A DNA stretch of 64,000 nucleotides from Candidatus Pelagibacter sp. (lineage in GTDB: Bacteria > Pseudomonadota > Alphaproteobacteria > Paracaedibacterales > CAIOTO01), in assembly GCA_013823725.1 (NCBI GenBank), contig PNMQ01000001.1, positions 18,437 through 82,436 of the forward strand, read 5' to 3'. Shown here in pieces: positions 29,139 to 38,488 of the stretch. Made by a program: the position numbers and the translations under genes. Under the pieces are notes generated by a model. That model searched no databases, was not told the origin of the DNA, and was given only the letters and a program-made list of their open reading frames with translations. The first letter of the stretch is position 1. The number at the start of each line of letters is the position of its first letter.

Positions 29139-29918
29139 ATGAAAAAAAATGTATTAAACATCTTAATTATCTTATTATTGAATACTCTTCATATATATGC
29201 TCAAAAAGCTACCCTTTCACCACCTGCTCGTTCTATAACATTAAGAGTGGGTGGTGGTTTAGCTACTGAATACGTATCTATTGATATTGATGTGAAAAAT
29301 AAACCATCTATTATTGATCCCGATGATGGAGAATTTTCTTCTAATGGACATCATTTGAACAAAAAATTAAGCTTTGTTCCTCATGTTGAATGTGGTGTAT
29401 TTTTTGATAATACACACTATCTGGGTCTTTTACTCAGCATAAATTTTATCAATGCAAAAGCATCCATGAAAGTTCCAATGACTTGGGTTTATAATTTTAA
29501 ACACAGCTATCATTTGAAAAATTATACGAATCTATCTTTAAAATTTGGATATAAACTATCTTCCAATATCATGTTTTTTTGCTTGGTTGGTCCATCCTTT
29601 TCTAATTGGTATCATCAAACGAAAACCTTTTATTCCGATGCTTCAGAAGTGGTTCTTAAAAATGCTGAATCTCGTATCAAAGCAAAAGGTTTAGGTGTAG
29701 GTGCTGGAATAGAGTACTGGCTTAGCAAAAATACTACCGTAAGTTTTCAATACGGATTACAATTATACAAACCAAAAACGATAAACTACGATTACACATA
29801 TGAACAAAAAGTAGATGATCCTATCCCTGAAACAAGAAATGGAAATGCACAAAAAAAAGTTCGTTTAACACATTCTTCAATTGGCTTACGTTTTTCTTAT
29901 TTCTTTTCTTTTAAATGA
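29139..29918 (+). CDS. Outer-membrane beta-barrel protein (OmpA-like / OMP_b-brl type)
   Basis: Signal peptide MKKNVLNILIILLLNTLHIYAQ. Alternating amphipathic beta-strand pattern (GVGAGIEYWLS, TVSFQYGLQLY). Aromatic-rich C-terminus GLRFSYFFSFK. Confidence 0.5.
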   Translation: MKKNVLNILIILLLNTLHIYAQKATLSPPARSITLRVGGGLATEYVSIDIDVKNKPSIIDPDDGEFSSNGHHLNKKLSFVPHVECGVFFDNTHYLGLLLSINFINAKASMKVPMTWVYNFKHSYHLKNYTNLSLKFGYKLSSNIMFFCLVGPSFSNWYHQTKTFYSDASEVVLKNAESRIKAKGLGVGAGIEYWLSKNTTVSFQYGLQLYKPKTINYDYTYEQKVDDPIPETRNGNAQKKVRLTHSSIGLRFSYFFSFK

Positions 29919-30076
29919 CATAAACACTATATAGTTTGTCTTTTATTTATTATTGACCATTGGTTAAAAAGAACTCATATATTAAATTCGATTAGGCTGA
30001 GAAAGCAATATTTCCAATAGTAGTTTTTTGACTTGAAATTTTTTGAGCAATCAGTTCTGGTTTTATGTTGCTTTAT

Positions 30077-31474
30077 TTACGCTACTTTTTCAGAAGTATC
30101 TTTAATATGTTTATCTACTATTAATGCAACTTCATATCTTAAATAATTTGCAAATGCATTCCAATAATAATTACAGGAATTAAATACTTCTTCAAAATCT
30201 TTGCCTTGACGCTTTTTATACATTTCATACAATTCGGCTTGAAAATCTTGTTCTTTTTGCAAAGAATAGTCTGAGATTTTATCTTTAGGTATTTGGTTTG
30301 CTAAAGCAAGCGCCTGAATCACGGTTTTAAGTTCTAGCTGATAATTGGTTATAGAAGATAGTTTTCCTCGTCCATGCTTGCAGTCGTAAAAACTAAGATA
30401 TTCTTTGATGGTAAGAATTTTGGTATGGTGTAAAGTTTCTAAGGGTGATTCATCACCTTCACTATATTGAAGCAGCAAATCAGAAAAAGTGGTATGCAGG
30501 ATAAGCGCATCTTCATGAAAGGCATAAAATGCTGCAAGTTCAATACAAGGGTTGCTCAAATCTATGATTTTGTATGACGATCCCCATTTCATTTTAAATT
30601 CATCAAAACTCCGCTTTCTTCCAAAAAAAATCATAGCATGTTGATAATCGTGATTTATAAATTCTAAAGGGTCTCTATAATATTGATTGTGTGGTGAATT
30701 ATGGATATCTATTAAACCAATAGGAAGGCCCATAAGGAGGCTATGGTGATGTTGTGGTAATAATATGTTACGCATTAATCTGTGAATACTAAATGCACCT
30801 TTAGGTGTATAAATAATATAGGGGGTGCAAAAAAAAGTTCCTTCTTCTGCACTAGGTGAAAAAGCTGGTCTTTCTTGTTGATCCATCCAAAAATGAACAT
30901 CATGAAATGGATGTAAAAGTAGTACGTCATAGGACTCTTGATCTCGTCTAAAAGCACTATGAATGGATGGTGTTATGGTTTGAAGGGTGGCAAGCTTAAA
31001 ATTAAAACTCATAAACTCTGCGGGTGTCATTCCTGCAGATAATTGTGACTTTTTTTTTGTCGTTATAAATTTATCAAGCTCAATTGCCAGTGCAACACAT
31101 TGCTCAAGAATGACACTTTGGTCTTCTGCTCTAAGATCTTTAATTGTTGAATACAATTTTTGCTGATAGTAGTGTTGAGTGTACCTAATTCCCAAAAAAG
31201 CTATTTCAATAAATCCTGAAATATTTTTGTTTAAAAAATCATCTCTATTAGCAATAGGACTATCAAGATACAGTTGGTCATATCTTTCAATTTGGAAATT
31301 AATACGCTCACTTTCTTTGGAAAAGGAAAGAAACGAGAGGGGTGTTTCAAAACAGCTATAAAATGTTTCATCTGTGGGTAGTTCTGTCGATCCGGATGCA
31401 GCAAAAACGCTATGATGTAGATGAAATATTAGTGTGAAAAATATACATAAAATATTATAAAAAAAAGAATGCAT
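30077..31474 (-). CDS. Hypothetical secreted protein
   Basis: 465-aa ORF with signal-like FYNILCIFFTLIFHLHHSVFA. No family recognised. Confidence 0.45.
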   Translation of the reverse strand: MHSFFYNILCIFFTLIFHLHHSVFAASGSTELPTDETFYSCFETPLSFLSFSKESERINFQIERYDQLYLDSPIANRDDFLNKNISGFIEIAFLGIRYTQHYYQQKLYSTIKDLRAEDQSVILEQCVALAIELDKFITTKKKSQLSAGMTPAEFMSFNFKLATLQTITPSIHSAFRRDQESYDVLLLHPFHDVHFWMDQQERPAFSPSAEEGTFFCTPYIIYTPKGAFSIHRLMRNILLPQHHHSLLMGLPIGLIDIHNSPHNQYYRDPLEFINHDYQHAMIFFGRKRSFDEFKMKWGSSYKIIDLSNPCIELAAFYAFHEDALILHTTFSDLLLQYSEGDESPLETLHHTKILTIKEYLSFYDCKHGRGKLSSITNYQLELKTVIQALALANQIPKDKISDYSLQKEQDFQAELYEMYKKRQGKDFEEVFNSCNYYWNAFANYLRYEVALIVDKHIKDTSEKVA

Positions 31475-31512
31475 TGTTAAATTTAAAAAATATTTTACTT
31501 AGTATATTTTTG

Positions 31513-32631
31513 TTAACCCTGCGAATCAAGTGTTTTCTGTTTAAGTTTAGATATTCTTTGGCTCTCCGATTTTAATTGTCCACAAGCTGCTAAAATATCT
31601 CTACCACGAGGAGCTCTTACAGGTGAAACGTATCCTGCTTTATAGATAATCTCTGCAAATTGGTGAATACGTTCAGGCGATGAGCACTCGTAAATGGATC
31701 CTGGCCATGGATTAAATGGTATTAGGTTTATTTTACTTGGAATGCCTTTGATTAAACGAACCAGTTCTTTTGCATCGGCATCGCTATCGTTCACACCTTT
31801 TAACATGACATACTCAAAAGTGATGCGTTTTGAATTGCTCAATATGGGATAATTCCTACACGCATTCAATAGTTCTGCGATGGGGTATTTCTTATTCAAA
31901 GGAACCAATTCATCGCGCAAGTTATCACGAACAGCATGTAGTGAAATGGCTAAATGAACGCCTAATTCTTTGCCACAACGCTCTATCATGGGAACAACCC
32001 CTGACGTAGATAATGTTATTTTTCTCTTCGATAAACAAATTCCATTTTGATCAGTTAAAATTTGAATGGCTTGGCTTACTTGGTCGTAATTGTATAAGGG
32101 TTCACCCATTCCCATAAACACAACGTTAGAAACATGTCTTTGTCCCATAGGTGTTGGCCATTCATTAAAAATATCTCTAGCCATCATGACTTGACCAACA
32201 ATTTCAGAAGATGTTAAGTTACGCACTAATTTTTGTGTGCCTGTATGGCAAAATTTACAGGTTAATGTACACCCAATTTGGGATGAAATACATAAGGTTC
32301 CGCGATTGACCTCTGGAATATGTACAACTTCAGCTTCTTGGTTATCATCGTAACTAATAAGCCATTTTTGTGTGCCATCCTTGGAAACCTGAGATAATTT
32401 AATATTAGGCCTATGAAGGCTATAATTTTGGCTTAGATGTTCAACAATGTTTTTAGGCAAGTTTTTCATCTCACTAAATTCTCTTACACCTCTGTGATAC
32501 ATCCAATGCCAAAGCTGATTCAATCTAAAACCTTTAAGGCCGATATCAGTAAATTGAGTTTCTAAACTGTCTTTGGGCATGCCAATAAGCGATGGTAATA
32601 GTGCAGGGGTAGGAAGAGATGTAGATGTCAT
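31513..32631 (-). CDS. rlmN: 23S rRNA/tRNA (adenine-C2)-methyltransferase, radical SAM
   Basis: [11 protein letters not shown], radical-SAM cluster [21 protein letters not shown], and C-terminal ACGQL. Confidence 0.93.
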   Translation of the reverse strand: MTSTSLPTPALLPSLIGMPKDSLETQFTDIGLKGFRLNQLWHWMYHRGVREFSEMKNLPKNIVEHLSQNYSLHRPNIKLSQVSKDGTQKWLISYDDNQEAEVVHIPEVNRGTLCISSQIGCTLTCKFCHTGTQKLVRNLTSSEIVGQVMMARDIFNEWPTPMGQRHVSNVVFMGMGEPLYNYDQVSQAIQILTDQNGICLSKRKITLSTSGVVPMIERCGKELGVHLAISLHAVRDNLRDELVPLNKKYPIAELLNACRNYPILSNSKRITFEYVMLKGVNDSDADAKELVRLIKGIPSKINLIPFNPWPGSIYECSSPERIHQFAEIIYKAGYVSPVRAPRGRDILAACGQLKSESQRISKLKQKTLDSQG

Positions 32632-32653
32632 ATGTGATTTCGCTTTGATTTTT

Positions 32654-34219
32654 TTATGGTGAAGGTTCAGAAGGTGAGTAGCTTAAAAATTTAAGTTTAA
32701 AGGATTGTAAATTAAGTGCTCTTGTTAATATGCAAACGCCTAAAAATATGAAAAAGGACAGTGTTGTGGAAAAGCATATGATAAAGCCTTTCATTAAGCC
32801 ACTGTGACTTATCATAGCATCGCATAATAAAAATTTCCCCCAAAATGCAAGAGGAAGAACAATTAAAACTGCACACATTAACCGTTTTGAAAAATCGACA
32901 TACTGATAAAAAGGTGCAAGTAAAGTTCTTTTCTTTAAAACAAAAATCAAAAGTAGAACATTAGTCCATGCAGAAATAGCAGTTGCTAATGCAAGGCCAA
33001 CATGTTGCATCGATTTTACCAAAATCAGATTTAACGCTAAGTTAAGTCCTACGCATAACATGGCAATTTTAACAGGTGTCCGTGTGTCTTTTTGAGCAAA
33101 CAATGTTGTGGAATAAATTTTAATTAAAACGTAAGCAGGTAAACCAAAGGCAAAGGCCATCAACGCATTAGATGTTTGTATGGTATCAATAGCACTGAAT
33201 TTTCCGTATTGATAAATCATACCTACTAAGGGTTGCGCCCAAAGAATAAGACCTATCATGGATGGAATGACAAGTAAGAAAGCAAATTCAATAGATTTTT
33301 TTTGAATAGTCAAATGGTCTTCTGCTTTGCTCTGGCTTAATGTTCGTGTTAAAAGTGGTAATAAAACGGTACTCATTGCTGTGCCAATAACACTCAAAGG
33401 TAATTGGTTCAAACGCTCTGCATAATCTAAATAAGATATGAAACCTTTGGGTAGACTAGACGCTATCCACATATCAATAAGAATATTAATTTGCACGACA
33501 CCTGCACCAAACGCAGCGGGCGTTAACTTTTTAAAAAATAGTTTTACATCGGGCGTGATTTTAGGTTTTCTAATTTTTAGTTTGAAGCCAGCTTTGTGTG
33601 CTGGAATCATGACCCATAAAAATTGAATAATACCACAACCTAAAACCGCAACCACAAAACTGATGCTAATATCTTTGTTTAATGCATTGGAAACTAGCAC
33701 AAACCCAACAATGAAGATATTTCCAATAAATTGAGAAGAAGAAACAAAAAAGAAACGATCAATACTATTTAAGATTCCGCTATAAAAAGCAGAAAGTGAA
33801 ATAAAAATTAAAAAAGGAAAGGCGATGCGCGTAAGTTTGATTGTTATGGCAAGACGCTCAGGGTCAAAGCTTGAAAACATGATTTTAAAAAGAGAAGGTA
33901 TTAAAAGTTCCACTATTAATGTTAGGATACATAGCGAAATTGTTAGCCAACTTAGAATATATTCACCAAAAGATAAGGCTGATTTTTTGTCAGGTTCTTT
34001 TTCTAAAATATCGGAAAATAAGGGTACAAATGACGCATTGAATGCTCCTTCTGCAAAGATGCGTCTAAACAAAGATGGTACTTTAATGGCAATTTTGATA
34101 GCGTCTGTAACAGCGCTTGCACCAAGCTCGGTTGCAATCAAAATTTCACGCACAAATCCCATAATGCGACTGAAAATAGTCAGCAAACCAACAGAACAGA
34201 AAGATTTATAGAGATTCAA
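32654..34219 (-). CDS. murJ: Lipid II flippase MurJ (MviN)
   Basis: The N-terminal [27 protein letters not shown] is the MurJ signature. Polytopic, 521 aa. Confidence 0.92.
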   Translation of the reverse strand: MNLYKSFCSVGLLTIFSRIMGFVREILIATELGASAVTDAIKIAIKVPSLFRRIFAEGAFNASFVPLFSDILEKEPDKKSALSFGEYILSWLTISLCILTLIVELLIPSLFKIMFSSFDPERLAITIKLTRIAFPFLIFISLSAFYSGILNSIDRFFFVSSSQFIGNIFIVGFVLVSNALNKDISISFVVAVLGCGIIQFLWVMIPAHKAGFKLKIRKPKITPDVKLFFKKLTPAAFGAGVVQINILIDMWIASSLPKGFISYLDYAERLNQLPLSVIGTAMSTVLLPLLTRTLSQSKAEDHLTIQKKSIEFAFLLVIPSMIGLILWAQPLVGMIYQYGKFSAIDTIQTSNALMAFAFGLPAYVLIKIYSTTLFAQKDTRTPVKIAMLCVGLNLALNLILVKSMQHVGLALATAISAWTNVLLLIFVLKKRTLLAPFYQYVDFSKRLMCAVLIVLPLAFWGKFLLCDAMISHSGLMKGFIICFSTTLSFFIFLGVCILTRALNLQSFKLKFLSYSPSEPSP

Positions 34220-34367
34220 TGGTATCTCCCTTTAAAACAGGAGGATTTAATTTCAATCGATTATATCATAGAGATCATTTGAAAGAAACAAAAACAAAAT
34301 GATGTAAAATATTTTGTAAGAATATTATTTCACGAAATGAACTTTGGATTATTTTTGTCTAAATAGA

Positions 34368-34604
34368 TTAAGAAATCCATTTTTGAAGAGCAAAAATAAA
34401 ATCATCTATATTTTGGATTTTTAATTTGCACGGGCATTCTGAATCATCTTTTGGATCTTGATTTTGTAGAGTTTGTAAAATTTTAAAGGCAAGACTTAAA
34501 TTTTCTTGGGCTAGGGCATCAAAGTAAAGTTTTTCAAATTCTTGTTTGAATTGTAAATTTTTATTGTTATGTTGTGTTGTTTGCTTAAAGGTAGATAGAT
34601 TCAT
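34368..34604 (-). CDS. Small hypothetical protein
   Basis: 78-aa ORF with no family recognised. Coding status is uncertain. Confidence 0.3.
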   Translation of the reverse strand: MNLSTFKQTTQHNNKNLQFKQEFEKLYFDALAQENLSLAFKILQTLQNQDPKDDSECPCKLKIQNIDDFIFALQKWIS

Positions 34605-34683
34605 AAAGTCCCTTTTTATTGTTGTTGAACAAATAAATAATATTTGTTATTATTTGCATATAAAATATTAATGGTTTTTCAAA

Positions 34684-35433
34684 ATGATAAAAAAAATCTA
34701 TGTTTTAGCATTGGTTATCCAAACGGTATATTCTTTCGCAAGTAAAGTAAGCGACGAATCTTTGCACATCTTGAGAAATGTAGATCCTGAAACAGTTAAA
34801 TTGATATTTACTGAAAATGGTGGAATGAACGAAATGGGTGTTCAAGCATATGGTGAAGCCTGTGTCAAACGGGATAAGAATTTATTTTTTGGAGGTGTTT
34901 GCCAAGTCCAAAGAAATTTATCAGAAATTGAACGTCGTATAGCTCCGATAACAATGTCTTTAGAAGAGCTGAGTGTATCACTTCGAGAATGTAGAGAAAA
35001 CACTTCAGTTAAAAAATATTTTGCTATTTTAAGAACTGGTAAAGTTGGTGAAGCCGGACATTGGTATTTATTTATGGCTGATTTAAATAGAGCACTCGCA
35101 CAACGTGAAAAATATTATATCTTCAATCCAACCAGTATGGGGGGAGATTTATCCAGATTAGCTTCTATGAAAGATAGTATGGCTATTGTTAATGGATATA
35201 TGGAAGCAGAAGCGGAATGTTTTATGTTGGGTATACAAGATCGAGATATGGATTGTGGGGGCGCTGTTCTTACATTGATGAATGTTTTATGTGACTGTTG
35301 TTTAGATAACGAATATCATGCTTTGTCAGCCATACGTTACATTGAATATATTGATCAAATGAAACAATATGGATTCTTTGAAAATGCTGTAGATTCAGCA
35401 TTAGAAAGTTTAATACAGTTTTATAAAAAATAA
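34684..35433 (+). CDS. Putative CE-clan (Ulp1/SENP, peptidase C48-like) cysteine protease with a signal peptide
   Basis: GHWYLFMADLNRALAQREKYYIFNPTSMGG parallels the SENP/Ulp1 His block (HWxLxxxD...YYDSMGG). GIQDRDMDCGGAVL parallels the Gln-x5-Asp-Cys-Gly catalytic Cys block. N-terminal MIKKIYVLALVIQTVYSFA. Confidence 0.5.
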   Translation: MIKKIYVLALVIQTVYSFASKVSDESLHILRNVDPETVKLIFTENGGMNEMGVQAYGEACVKRDKNLFFGGVCQVQRNLSEIERRIAPITMSLEELSVSLRECRENTSVKKYFAILRTGKVGEAGHWYLFMADLNRALAQREKYYIFNPTSMGGDLSRLASMKDSMAIVNGYMEAEAECFMLGIQDRDMDCGGAVLTLMNVLCDCCLDNEYHALSAIRYIEYIDQMKQYGFFENAVDSALESLIQFYKK

Positions 35434-35499
35434 AATTTTAATATCTATTGAAAAATCAATATGTTAAATTTATGAAAAACCAGGTTAGATTTTTGCACA

Positions 35500-36534
35500 A
35501 TGAAACATCTTTTTAAGATATTTATACCCTTGATATCAGTTTCATTATTCGGTTGCCAACAGCATAAGTGCGATCAGCAAACGCCTGAAGTGGTTTATCA
35601 TACTGTGATGAATGATGAATCTTTTCACAACTTTATCAAAAATCAAAAATTTAATGTTATTGTGCCTGCATCTGGATTTGATCTAACAAAGATGCAAAGT
35701 GTGAAAGAACAATTGAATCAAACGAACCTTCATTTTAGTTCTGATTATATAGGTCCAGTGGAATTGTTTCATGTTTACTCCGATGTAAAAAGATTAAATG
35801 ATTTAGTTGATGTCATTAACGATGACAACACTTATATATGGTGTTTTAAAGGGGGGTATGGTGCTCAAAAATTAGTCCCTTATCTTGATCAAATGAAGCA
35901 ACCTTTGAAATCCAAAATCATAATTGGATATAGCGATATTACGGCGCTACATTTATTTATGAATCAAAAATGGGGCTGGAAAACAATTCATGGACCTATG
36001 GTTTTTGAATTAGTTTCATCCAAAAAGGATCCTGAAAATTTTAAATATTTACAAAAAATGATTCAAAATCCAGGACAGCTTATTTCTTATGATTCTCTTG
36101 TTCCTTTAAATAAAGAAGCTGAAAATAGTATTTCTGTTCAAGGTCAACTCACAGGTGGTAACCTAACGGTTTTGTTGCATACACTTAAAACACCGAATGA
36201 GATTATAACTAAAAATAAAATTATCATTTTAGAAGATGTATTTGAAAAACCTTATAGGATAGACAGAAGTATTCATCATTTATTACAAGCTGGTAAATTA
36301 AGGGACGCTAAGGCGATTATTTTTGCTGACTTTTCAACAGAAGACAGTGAAGATCTGATGAGTCAAACATTGAAAAATTTAGCCCTCAAATTAAAAATTC
36401 CTGTATTCAGATGGAAAAAATGCGGGCATGGGTATCATAACTTCCCCTTTGTTTATGGTGCTGATGCTTTAATATCTTTGAACAATAATGCGGTCGATTC
36501 TAAAGCACCTTATGAATTAAAGTTTTTTGGATAG
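35500..36534 (+). CDS. LD-carboxypeptidase (peptidase S66, LdcA-like), predicted lipoprotein, paralog 1
   Basis: Lipobox SLFGC. S66 nucleophile motif IIGYSDITALH, FKGGYGAQ, ILEDV (Glu), CGHGYHNFPF (His). Confidence 0.8.
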   Translation: MKHLFKIFIPLISVSLFGCQQHKCDQQTPEVVYHTVMNDESFHNFIKNQKFNVIVPASGFDLTKMQSVKEQLNQTNLHFSSDYIGPVELFHVYSDVKRLNDLVDVINDDNTYIWCFKGGYGAQKLVPYLDQMKQPLKSKIIIGYSDITALHLFMNQKWGWKTIHGPMVFELVSSKKDPENFKYLQKMIQNPGQLISYDSLVPLNKEAENSISVQGQLTGGNLTVLLHTLKTPNEIITKNKIIILEDVFEKPYRIDRSIHHLLQAGKLRDAKAIIFADFSTEDSEDLMSQTLKNLALKLKIPVFRWKKCGHGYHNFPFVYGADALISLNNNAVDSKAPYELKFFG

Positions 36535-36573
36535 GCTGTTCTTGTTAAAAACGTAAAAAGTGGAGAGTGCTCA

Positions 36574-37626
36574 ATGACGATTAAAACATTAAATTTTATT
36601 TTAATGCATGCACTATTTATGATATTCGTGCTTTTAACCGCTTGTAACAAACAACACACTGATGATCTTAAAAATATGGGACAAATCAATGATGTGATGC
36701 AGGATGAATCTTTTTTGCATTTTATCCAAACTCAAGAGTTTAATGTTATTGTTCCGTCTTCAGCGTATTCTCGGAGAAAAATGCACAAAATAAAAGATCG
36801 ATTAAAAAATACAAGACTTCATTTTGTAAAAGATCAAGATGGAATGGCCGACTATTTTCATGTTTATCATGATGACAAAAGATTAAAAGATTTAGAAAAA
36901 GCTTTGATGGATGAAACTATACCGTATATTTGGTGTTTTAAAGGGGGGTATGGAGCACAAAATCTAATTCCTTATTTAAATAAGATGAAGAAGCCTGCAA
37001 AACCAAAAATTATAATTGGTTATAGTGATATTACGGCACTTCACTTATTTGTACTTCAAAAATGGGGCTGGAAGTCGATTCATGGTGCTATGGTTTCTAA
37101 ATTAACAGAAAATGATAAAGATCCTGAAAATTTCAGATTGTTACAAAAAATGATTCAAAACCCAGGAAGTCTTTTTGTCTACGATAATTTGCTCCCTTTA
37201 AATGCAGCAGCAAAAGATGCATCGACTATTCAAGGACAACTGACAGGTGGGAATTTAACGGTCTCTTTGCATACATTAAAAGATTTTAATGAAATTGTGA
37301 CCAAAGACAAAATTGTGATTTTTGAAGATTTGAACGTGGAATGTTATCATATCGATCGAATGATTCAGCATATGTCACAAGTGGGTAAATTGAACGATGC
37401 TAAAGCTTTGATTTTTGGTGATTTTAAAGTTGAAGCCTCTGAAGAAGAGGTAAATAAAACATTAGATTATTGTACAAAAAAATTAAATGTACCAGTTTTT
37501 AGATGGAAAAAATGTGGCCATGGGTACCATAACTTCCCTTTTATTTATGGCGCTGATGCTTTAATATCTTTGAATAATAATGCGATCGATCCCAAAGCAC
37601 CTTATGAATTAAAGTTTTTTGCATAA
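36574..37626 (+). CDS. LD-carboxypeptidase (peptidase S66, LdcA-like), predicted lipoprotein, paralog 2
   Basis: Lipobox LLTAC. Same S66 motifs as paralog 1. The C-terminal ~45 aa and underlying DNA are almost identical to paralog 1 (PVFRWKKCGHGYHNFPF.YGADALISLNNNA.D.KAPYELKFF). Confidence 0.8.
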   Translation: MTIKTLNFILMHALFMIFVLLTACNKQHTDDLKNMGQINDVMQDESFLHFIQTQEFNVIVPSSAYSRRKMHKIKDRLKNTRLHFVKDQDGMADYFHVYHDDKRLKDLEKALMDETIPYIWCFKGGYGAQNLIPYLNKMKKPAKPKIIIGYSDITALHLFVLQKWGWKSIHGAMVSKLTENDKDPENFRLLQKMIQNPGSLFVYDNLLPLNAAAKDASTIQGQLTGGNLTVSLHTLKDFNEIVTKDKIVIFEDLNVECYHIDRMIQHMSQVGKLNDAKALIFGDFKVEASEEEVNKTLDYCTKKLNVPVFRWKKCGHGYHNFPFIYGADALISLNNNAIDPKAPYELKFFA

Positions 37627-37710
37627 TTTTCAGAATTAATTTTTCATTAATCTTCTTCATGTCTAATGACAATGTAGAGTTATATTCCTAAGAATTTATT
37701 TTCAAAAGGA

Positions 37711-38457
37711 ATGATCGCAGAAGAAGAAAAGATGAGTCAGAGCACACAACATAAATTAGGCAATACCAGGCCTCCTCGCGTTCAAATTACCTATGATGTT
37801 CTTGTAGGTGGAGAAAAAGAGCATAAGGAACTTCCTTTCGTTTTAGGCATTATGGCTGATTTATCGGGTATGAGGTCTACAGAGCCATTGCCGATAAAAG
37901 ATCGTTCTTTTGTTGGGATTGATATGGATAATTTCAATGATATTATGGCTCATATCGCTCCCAATTTAGACGTATCAGTTTCTAATAAACTCTTGAATAA
38001 TCAAGGGAAATTCAAAGCTAGTCTTTTGTTTGAAAGCATGGAAGATTTTCAGCCGAATAGTTTAATTGAACAAATTCCTACTTTGTCTAGCTTGAATCAA
38101 TCCAGATTAAACTTGAAAGATTTGCTTTCGAAAATGGATGGTAACGATGAATTAGAGCAATTGCTTTCTGAAATCATGTTGGATCCTAAGAAACAAGAAC
38201 AGCTTTCACGAGAAATTGATGAAGAACTTGGTATTGTGAAAAAGAAATCTCCTAAGCCAGATTTTGATGATCCCGAATATATAGCACAACAAACGTTGAG
38301 AGAACTTCCTCCTGTTATGAGTTCTATGGTTGAAGAACCAAACCCTGTATCGTTTGAAGGATATGAAAAAACTACTTCAATAAGTGAAGAAACGAATGAA
38401 CAAAGTGATAAAAGCAAAAAAGACTCAGATCAAAATGATAGTTTCTTTTCATCATAA
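37711..38457 (+). CDS. tssB: Type VI secretion sheath small subunit TssB (VipA) with an acidic C-terminal extension
   Basis: PRVQITYDVLVGGEKEHKELPFVLGIMADLSG, IKDRSFVGIDMDNFNDIM, LLFESMEDFQP, LSKMDGNDELEQLL (canonical T6SS-i TssB blocks). About 75 extra E/D/S/K-rich residues at the C-terminus. The start may be the ATG at 37732. Confidence 0.9.
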   Translation: MIAEEEKMSQSTQHKLGNTRPPRVQITYDVLVGGEKEHKELPFVLGIMADLSGMRSTEPLPIKDRSFVGIDMDNFNDIMAHIAPNLDVSVSNKLLNNQGKFKASLLFESMEDFQPNSLIEQIPTLSSLNQSRLNLKDLLSKMDGNDELEQLLSEIMLDPKKQEQLSREIDEELGIVKKKSPKPDFDDPEYIAQQTLRELPPVMSSMVEEPNPVSFEGYEKTTSISEETNEQSDKSKKDSDQNDSFFSS

Positions 38458-38488
38458 TAAAGGTCTTTGAGAAATAAGGAAATTGAAA

